Below are positions 51,496 to 56,734 of a stretch of 64,000 nucleotides of DNA, piece after piece. Source of the DNA: a virus; IMG/VR virus record IMGVR_UViG_3300020020_000028, positions 1-64,000 of that record; one strand, 5' to 3'. The notes under the pieces are model-generated. The model saw nothing but the letters and a program-made list of their open reading frames with translations. It was not told the origin of the DNA and searched no databases. The position numbers were made by a program, and so were the translations under genes. Numbering within the stretch: the first letter of the stretch is position 1; every line of letters starts with the position of its first letter.

Positions 51496-51555
51496 GTCGG
51501 AGGCGCATAGTGCGTGATGATCACACGCAGTAGGGAAACCTACCCTCCGGCACCA
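51496..51555 (+). ncRNA. D-armless mini tRNA-like RNA ending in ACCA
   Basis: GTCGGAGG/CCTCCGGC stem + ACCA; TGCGTG-ATGATCA-CACGCA; GTAGG-GAAA-CCTAC. Confidence 0.55.
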
Positions 51556-51560
51556 CTTAA

Positions 51561-51696
51561 TCCTCGGGTCGCATTGACATCGTTATCTCTTACCATACTC
51601 AAGAGGGTAGCTCAGTGGTAGAGCGTCCGATTTGTAATCGGAAGGTCGTGGGTTCGAATCCCACTCTAACGCGGTGTTGAATCACTTATCCGGGGA
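51561..51696 (+). ncRNA. Y-RNA-like unit 3: non-permuted tRNA-Thr(UGU)-like body lacking an acceptor end
   Basis: Outer stem TCCTCGG/CCGGGGA; D-arm, TCCGA-TTTGTAA-TCGGA, T-arm; acceptor stem only about 3 bp and no CCA. Confidence 0.8.
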
Positions 51697-51709
51697 GTTT
51701 TACAATTTC

Positions 51710-51779
51710 CGATTCGGGTCGATCAGATAGCGTTATCCTTAAGAGATAAAAATGCTGTCTACGTCACTTATCCGAATCG
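51710..51779 (+). ncRNA. Y-RNA-like unit 4: minimal, Leu(UAA) anticodon-loop cargo
   Basis: CGATTCGG/CCGAATCG; TTATC-CTTAAGA-GATAA. Confidence 0.75.
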
Positions 51780-51996
51780 ATTTTTCCGGGGCGGTTGATA
51801 TCAGAGTGCGAAAGCAACGCATAACGGCAGAAATGTCGGAGGACCCCGTCGCTAACTCGGGCGGGAACCCGGAAATGTGAGGTAACACAAAACCACTCGG
51901 TGCGCTCCCAACTATCGCTCTCTGGTGGAAAGTAGTGTTCGTAAGCCACGTGGGAATTAGTTCAGGCTAGGTTGCACGTGGGCCTCTTTTTGATCT

Positions 51997-52071
51997 GGGG
52001 CTATGCACCTCGCGAGAGGGGGCTGAATAAGGCGAAAGCCGGAGCGGGTGAAAATCCCGTAGGCTCCACCA
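51997..52071 (+). ncRNA. Non-canonical 75-nt tRNA-like RNA with alanine-type acceptor (G3.U70, ACCA) and no anticodon loop
   Basis: GGGGCT/GGCTCC-ACCA; GCGGG-TGAAAAT-CCCGT; two GNRA-capped hairpins. Confidence 0.55.
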
Positions 52072-52075
52072 GTCA

Positions 52076-52165
52076 GGAAGGCTGACCGAGCGGCATGGTG
52101 CCAGCTTGCTAAGCTGTGGCTTCGCAGAGATGCGATCAGGGGTTCGAGTCCCTTGCCTTCCGCCA
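52076..52165 (+). tRNA. tRNA-Ser(GCU)
   Basis: GGAAGGC/GCCTTCC-GCCA; loop TT-GCT-AA; long variable arm; GGTTCGAGTCC. Confidence 0.9.
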
Positions 52166-52170
52166 AAGTT

Positions 52171-52242
52171 TTCGACGGGTCGCTCGTGACAGGGTTATCA
52201 CTCCTAATGATTACCCCCTGCACAATTCACTTATCCGTCGAA
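52171..52242 (+). ncRNA. Y-RNA-like unit 5: minimal, Arg(CCU) anticodon-loop cargo
   Basis: TTCGACGG/CCGTCGAA; ATCA-CTCCTAA-TGAT. Confidence 0.75.
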
Positions 52243-52287
52243 CTCTCGGGGCTCTGCTCAAGGAGGTAGCATCCCCAATGATTTTGA

Positions 52288-52437
52288 ATCTCGGGTCGCA
52301 GTCGTAGAGTTATCCCAGGAACGAGTGCCCTTCGGGGCATGCGTGGTTCGAATCCCGCTCCTCTCGAATCAGTGAGAGGATGGCGAAACTGGCAGACGCG
52401 CTCGTATTTAGTTCTGCGGCGAATACTTATCCGAGAT
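52288..52437 (+). ncRNA. Y-RNA-like unit 6: permuted class II tRNA-Leu-like body
   Basis: ATCTCGG/CCGAGAT; ACGAG/CTCGT stem, variable arm TGCCC-TTCG-GGGCA, T-arm, closed acceptor TCCTCTC/GAGAGGA, Leu-type D-arm TGGCGAAACTGGCAGACGC. Confidence 0.8.
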
Positions 52438-52445
52438 GTGTTTCT

Positions 52446-52560
52446 CCACGGGTCGCGGCTGTATGGTTATCATTGGTTGAAACTCTGGCCTAAGCCGAAA
52501 GGCGTCAAGCCGGAGGGAGGTTCGAATCCTCAATATCCCATACGCACACTTTATCCGTGG
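52446..52560 (+). ncRNA. Y-RNA-like unit 7: long hairpin plus T-arm cargo
   Basis: CCACGG/CCGTGG; CTCTGGC/GCCGGAG; GAGG-TTCGAAT-CCTC. Confidence 0.75.
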
Positions 52561-52655
52561 GTTTGTAGGCAGATGAGCGCGATCTGCCGTCAGCCGGGAG
52601 AGACTACTCGTTGCGCTGGTTGCAACCATCAACGACGTTTCTCCCTTGCTGTTTC

Positions 52656-52748
52656 TCCGTGGGTCGCTGTTTGGAAGGTTATCTTTTTGCCAAAAAAAGG
52701 GAGTTGGGTGAAACCCCTGACACCCTTCTGACGATCTTTATCCACGGA
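52656..52748 (+). ncRNA. Y-RNA-like unit 8: Gly(GCC) anticodon hairpin plus T-loop-like hairpin
   Basis: TCCGTGG/CCACGGA; TTT-TTGCCAA-AAA; GGG-TGAAAC-CCC. Confidence 0.75.
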
Positions 52749-52753
52749 ACTTC

Positions 52754-52887
52754 TCAGCGGGTCGCCGGTGACGATTATCTTCTGTCGTAGGTTCGACTCC
52801 TACTCTGCTAGGCAACTAGTAGATAGCTCAGTTGGTAGAGCAAAGACGGTATCCACTCCGTTTCGTCGCTGACTCTTTATCCGCTGA
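52754..52887 (+). ncRNA. Y-RNA-like unit 9: YrlA-type permuted tRNA body plus extra hairpin
   Basis: TCAGCGG/CCGCTGA; GTAGG-TTCGACT-CCTAC, closed acceptor TCTGCTAG-GCAA-CTAGTAGA, D-arm. Confidence 0.8.
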
Positions 52888-52897
52888 ATTTTTTTCA

Positions 52898-52971
52898 ACT
52901 CAAGGCGTGGTGTTCTCTGAAAAGAGGCGCAGCTTCCGGAAGCTAGATCTGAAGTGACAGATCTCTTGAGT
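52898..52971 (+). ncRNA. Unclassified 74-nt four-way-junction RNA
   Basis: ACTCAAG/CTTGAGT closing three hairpins. Confidence 0.5.
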
Positions 52972-52977
52972 ATTTCT

Positions 52978-53045
52978 TTGACGGGTCGATGATTGAGGAT
53001 TATCTTATAACGATAAAAATCCTTAGTCGATCACTTATCCGTCAA
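52978..53045 (+). ncRNA. Y-RNA-like unit 10: minimal
   Basis: TTGACGG/CCGTCAA; TTATC-TTATAAC-GATAA, containing CT-TAT-AA (Ile(UAU)-like). Confidence 0.75.
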
Positions 53046-53055
53046 TTTCCGATTC

Positions 53056-53118
53056 TTGACGGGTCGAATGTGTAGGGTTATCTAGTTAATGATCCCTGCC
53101 GATTCACTTATCCGTCAA
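53056..53118 (+). ncRNA. Y-RNA-like unit 11: minimal
   Basis: TTGACGG/CCGTCAA; GTCGAATG box; ATC-TAGTTAAT-GAT. Confidence 0.75.
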
Positions 53119-53132
53119 CTCAAGATCGATAC

Positions 53133-53203
53133 GTCCGGGTCGATAGGGTAGGGTTACCATGATCACCAATCATCCACAGCCCTGCTTGACAACTTATCCG
53201 GAC
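53133..53203 (+). ncRNA. Y-RNA-like unit 12: minimal
   Basis: GTCCGG/CCGGAC; ATGA-TCACCAA-TCAT. Confidence 0.75.
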
Positions 53204-53210
53204 ACTGTTA

Positions 53211-53324
53211 GTAGAGGGTCGCGGTTTTATCGGTTATCAAGGTTCGACTCCTTCCTCACCCAACTCTGTGGGTGGGGAAGCCTGAAATGGTCAGGCACTC
53301 CGATGAACAATCTTTATCCTCTAC
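53211..53324 (+). ncRNA. Y-RNA-like unit 13: YrlA-type permuted tRNA body
   Basis: GTAGAGG/CCTCTAC; AAGG-TTCGACT-CCTT, closed acceptor CCTCACCCA/TGGGTGGGG, D-arm GCCT..TGG..AGGC. Confidence 0.8.
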
Positions 53325-53343
53325 GTTTTGAAAGGTGTGGGAC

Positions 53344-55071
53344 ATGACAGTTAACTACGCGAAGCACTACAACAAGAAGCAGACGCCGCAGAGCGAGAAG
53401 ATTCCGGGCGAGAAGCAGGTGGCGAACAACGCTGGAGGCTACGTCTACGAGGTAGACAAGTGGCAGCGTCTCGCACGGTTCTTGATCCTCGGCACGGACG
53501 GCGGCACGTACTACGTCAGCGAGCGAAAGCTCACGCGTGAGAATGCACAGGTTGTCGAAGCCTGTCTCGCGACGGACGGCGGACGTACGATTGCGGAGAT
53601 CATCGAGATCTCTCAGACTGGTCGTGCGCCGAAGAACGATCAGGCGGTCTTTGCACTGGCGCTTGCAGCCTCCGTGCAGGTTCCGGACGCTAGTGGTGTG
53701 TCCGCAGAGTCGATCCGTAGCATGGCGCTCGATGCACTGCCGAAGGTCTGCCGGATCCCGACGCATCTCTTTCAGTTCATGACGGCGATCAAGGCGATGC
53801 GTGGTAGCTCGCGTATGCTCCGTCGTGCACTCGGAGAGTGGTACTCGCAGTGGGACGCAAATAAGCTCGCCTACGAACTGGTGAAGTACCAGTCGCGCGA
53901 GGGATGGGCGAATCGTGACGTGCTGCGTCTCGCGCACCCGAAGATGTCCGCAGAACATCAGGCGGTGGTGCGATGGGCTGTCTGCGGCCATGAAGCTGCG
54001 GCATCTCCTGGCCCTCGTGAGGTGAAGCGCGCGAAGGAAGATACGCGCACGTCGCGCATCTATCAGCCGGTTGCTGATGTGCCGAACATCATCGCGGCCT
54101 TCGAGTTGGCCAAGACGAAGCCGCCGGTTGAATTGCTTGTGCGTTTGATCCGCGAGCATGGTCTGACGCGAGAGATGCTGCCGACGGAGTGTCTGAACGA
54201 GGTCGCGGTATGGGAGGCATTGCTCGAAAAGATGCCGCTCACGGCGATGATCCGCAATCTCGGCAAGATGTCTTCGTTGGGGATCTTCGAGCCGTTGAAG
54301 TCCAGCGCATGGTCCAAGCACGTGGTCGAGAGGATCACCTCTCAGGAGAACTTGCGGAAGTCTCGCGTGCATCCGCTGTTCATCTTGAATGCGATGAAGA
54401 CCTATGCGCAGGGCCACGGTGACAAGGGGTCGTTGAAGTGGACCCCGGCTGCGAAGATCGTGGACGCGCTCGATGCGGCGTTCTACGAAGCCTTCGGCAA
54501 CGTGGAGCCCACCGGCAAAAACGTGATGCTGGCGCTCGACGTGAGTGGATCGATGGGTTCGCTCATCGGTGGCACGAGTCTGTCCTGCCGTGAGGCGTGT
54601 GCGGCACTTGCACTCGTCACGCAGGCTGTCGAAGACAACGTGCAGATCGTTGGGTTCACCAACGGCGGGTCTGTGGCTCGACGTTCGCAGTGGGGTGGAT
54701 ACCTGAGCGGGATTTCTCCGCTCAAGATCTCGAAGCGTCAGCGTCTCGATGACGTAGTGAAGTACATCGCTGGACTGAACTTCGGAGGCACGGACTGCGC
54801 CCTGCCGATGATCTACGCGGAGAGCGAGAAGCTCGATGTCGATGGGTTCGTGGTCTACACGGACAACGAGACGTGGGCGGGAGATATCCACCCGTCGCAG
54901 GCGCTGCGAAGCTACCGAGCGAAGCAGAACAAGCCGGAGGCGGCACAGGTAGTCGTGGGCATGACGGCGAGTGGATTCACGATTGCTTCTCCTGATGATC
55001 CTAGAACACTTGATGTGGTAGGCTTCGATCTCGCCACTCCGACGGCGATTTCGGCGTTTATCAAAGGGTAA
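53344..55071 (+). CDS. rsr: Ro60/Rsr orthologue (TROVE domain + vWA domain)
   Basis: NNAGGY...RLARFLILGTDGGTYY, LVKYQSREGW..RDVLRLAHP, MPLTAMIRNLGKM, vWA MIDAS DVSGSM, GGTDCALPM, TDNETW, DVVGFD. ATG 53344 follows GAAAGG. Confidence 0.95.
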   Translation: MTVNYAKHYNKKQTPQSEKIPGEKQVANNAGGYVYEVDKWQRLARFLILGTDGGTYYVSERKLTRENAQVVEACLATDGGRTIAEIIEISQTGRAPKNDQAVFALALAASVQVPDASGVSAESIRSMALDALPKVCRIPTHLFQFMTAIKAMRGSSRMLRRALGEWYSQWDANKLAYELVKYQSREGWANRDVLRLAHPKMSAEHQAVVRWAVCGHEAAASPGPREVKRAKEDTRTSRIYQPVADVPNIIAAFELAKTKPPVELLVRLIREHGLTREMLPTECLNEVAVWEALLEKMPLTAMIRNLGKMSSLGIFEPLKSSAWSKHVVERITSQENLRKSRVHPLFILNAMKTYAQGHGDKGSLKWTPAAKIVDALDAAFYEAFGNVEPTGKNVMLALDVSGSMGSLIGGTSLSCREACAALALVTQAVEDNVQIVGFTNGGSVARRSQWGGYLSGISPLKISKRQRLDDVVKYIAGLNFGGTDCALPMIYAESEKLDVDGFVVYTDNETWAGDIHPSQALRSYRAKQNKPEAAQVVVGMTASGFTIASPDDPRTLDVVGFDLATPTAISAFIKG

Positions 55072-55097
55072 CTGCTACGGTGCTGAGCCGTGGTGGC

Positions 55098-55142
55098 GCG
55101 GGATTCGCTGAGGTGAGGAGCCTCGGCGGTCCCGCATCTTTT
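55098..55142 (+). terminator. Hairpin with short U-tract after Ro60 (terminator or processing site)
   Basis: GCGGGAT..CGCTGAGG/CCTCGGCG..GTCCCGC followed by ATCTTTT. Confidence 0.45.
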
Positions 55143-55217
55143 GGCCGGTAGCTCAGTTGGTAGAGCGCACGGCTGTTAACCGTGTGGTCGCAAGTTCGAA
55201 TCTTGCTCGGCCAGCCA
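55142..55217 (+). tRNA. tRNA-Asn(GUU)
   Basis: 76 nt; TGGCCGG/TCGGCCA-GCCA; CACGG-CTGTTAA-CCGTG; canonical D and T arms. Confidence 0.93.
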
Positions 55218-55325
55218 ATCTGGAGATGAAATGGAATCACGAAGCGATGATGCCAGTCTCATAACAGGTGTCTTCGTCGCGGGTATTGTGATCGGTTACG
55301 CACTAGCGTTGTTGACTATCTTATA

Positions 55326-55571
55326 ATGAACAAACACATAAACTGGTCACTCGTTCTAATCACTACGTGGTTGATTATCTTCACAGGTTTGATCGTCGCC
55401 GCACGCAATCAAGCCGTCGAGAAAACACCTTATCACCGAACCACAGAGTGGGAACTCCGCTGGAATCTCAAGGTCATTGATACCGCGGGTGTGTGTCTCT
55501 ACATCTACGAAGGTCAAGGTATCGCCGCTGTGCCGAAAACGCAGTTACCTCCGGGAGTCGGATGTCAATGA
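55326..55571 (+). CDS. Small membrane-anchored protein, paralog of 42601-42909
   Basis: N-terminal TM; VIDTAGVCLYI vs VVETSGACIYV; KTQLPPGVGC vs KKDLAAGKGC. Confidence 0.6.
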   Translation: MNKHINWSLVLITTWLIIFTGLIVAARNQAVEKTPYHRTTEWELRWNLKVIDTAGVCLYIYEGQGIAAVPKTQLPPGVGCQ

Positions 55572-55939
55572 ACTGTCCTGGCTGTGGCGAGGAACTGATA
55601 CAAGAGGATTCTATTCTAGAGTTCTCGTATCTCTGCGCGGCGTGCGGTGATCGATTCAATAAGAATTACGATTCGATGAAGGAGTCAGAAACGATGGCGA
55701 ACAGTGCAATGGTCAACAGACGTTCGGATCCGGATGGGAATCTCGAAACACGGTTCCGATGCGATGTTCGCGACGCGCTGGATATGGACATGTTCACGCG
55801 AGACGGACAGATCATCGACGAGATCAAGAAGCTGAAGCGCGAGATCAAGAGATTGGAACTCGCTGATCGTTTCCACACACATACAGCAACAAAAGAAGAT
55901 ATCGAAGCCCACCTCAAGAGTCTGATCGCTAAAGGTTGA
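55568..55939 (+). CDS. Zinc-ribbon hypothetical protein
   Basis: CPGC...CAAC; ATGA overlap with the upstream gene. Confidence 0.55.
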   Translation: MNCPGCGEELIQEDSILEFSYLCAACGDRFNKNYDSMKESETMANSAMVNRRSDPDGNLETRFRCDVRDALDMDMFTRDGQIIDEIKKLKREIKRLELADRFHTHTATKEDIEAHLKSLIAKG

Positions 55940-55942
55940 TCG

Positions 55943-56734
55943 ATGCAACAAACCAAAGACATGGCGGAGCGGAACACGATTCTTCGCGTTCCTGCCGGTA
56001 GTACTCTCCACGGGTTGCATATCCCCGGCACAGACGATCAGGACGAGGTCGGTGTCTGTATCGAGGATATTCAATCCGCGATTGGATTCTCGGAGTTCGA
56101 GCAATTCATTTACCGCACGGCTGCTGAACGTGAAGGTAAGCACGATGCGCCGAGTCAGGCTGGCGATCTTGATCTGACCATCTTCAGTCTGCGAAAATTC
56201 TTGCGTCTTGCGATGCAGGGCAATCCCCAGATTCTGCAATGCTTGTTCGTGCCTCAATCTCTGTGCCTACAACGTGATTCACGTGGCGCGCAGTTACAGG
56301 AGATGGCGCCGTTGATCGTGAGTCGTCAAGCGGGTGCTCGGTATCTTGGGTACCTTGAGGCGCAACGGCAACGACTCCTCGGAGAACGGGGTCAGAAGAA
56401 AACGAATCGTCCGGAACTCGAAGCCAAACACGGCTTCGATACTAAGTACGCGATGCACATCTTGCGCCTGGGTTTTCAAGGTGTGGAATTGATGTCCACC
56501 GGTCGTCTCACGTTGCCGATGAACGAAGAGGATCGAAAGTTCACCTACGCTGTTCGTTGCGGTGAAATTCCGTTACAAGATGCACTGACCAAAGCCGGGG
56601 AACTGGAACGTCAGATCAAAGATCTACTCCACGACGCACCAATTCCCGCACAACCCGCGCGTGAAGAAATCGAAGCGTGGATGGTATCGATGTATCTGGA
56701 AAATTGGAAGGCGCGTGAAACGGTTCATGCCTGA
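55943..56734 (+). CDS. Pol-beta-superfamily nucleotidyltransferase (RlaP/YcgL-like)
   Basis: GSTLHGL....DDQDEVGV (GS + DxD), KFLRLAMQGNP..L..LF, FDTKYAMHILRL. Confidence 0.85.
   Translation: MQQTKDMAERNTILRVPAGSTLHGLHIPGTDDQDEVGVCIEDIQSAIGFSEFEQFIYRTAAEREGKHDAPSQAGDLDLTIFSLRKFLRLAMQGNPQILQCLFVPQSLCLQRDSRGAQLQEMAPLIVSRQAGARYLGYLEAQRQRLLGERGQKKTNRPELEAKHGFDTKYAMHILRLGFQGVELMSTGRLTLPMNEEDRKFTYAVRCGEIPLQDALTKAGELERQIKDLLHDAPIPAQPAREEIEAWMVSMYLENWKARETVHA

Noticed and set aside
51480-51511. Internal promoter at TTGACA 51480
   Set aside because: No -10 hexamer at 16-18 nt spacing.
51601-51670. Functional tRNA-Thr(UGU) gene
   Set aside because: The acceptor stem cannot form beyond about 3 bp, there is no CCA, and the body is embedded in a Y-like scaffold.
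51788-52071. tmRNA (ssrA)
   Set aside because: The alanine-type 3' end pairs locally within 75 nt. I found no convincing tag reading frame and no typical tmRNA 5' consensus.
51029-53324. CRISPR array interpretation of the repeated GGGTCG/TTATCC boxes
   Set aside because: The repeats are short bipartite boxes that pair across each unit. Unit lengths vary widely, the inserts are structured and tRNA-derived, and no cas genes are present.
51162-53347. Short ORFs called within the ncRNA island (e.g. 52339-52731, 52116-52307, 53159-53347)
   Set aside because: They lack RBSs and protein motifs, and the sequence is explained by RNA structure.
53314-54891. 525-aa minus-strand ORF
   Set aside because: Antisense shadow of the codon-biased Ro60 gene.
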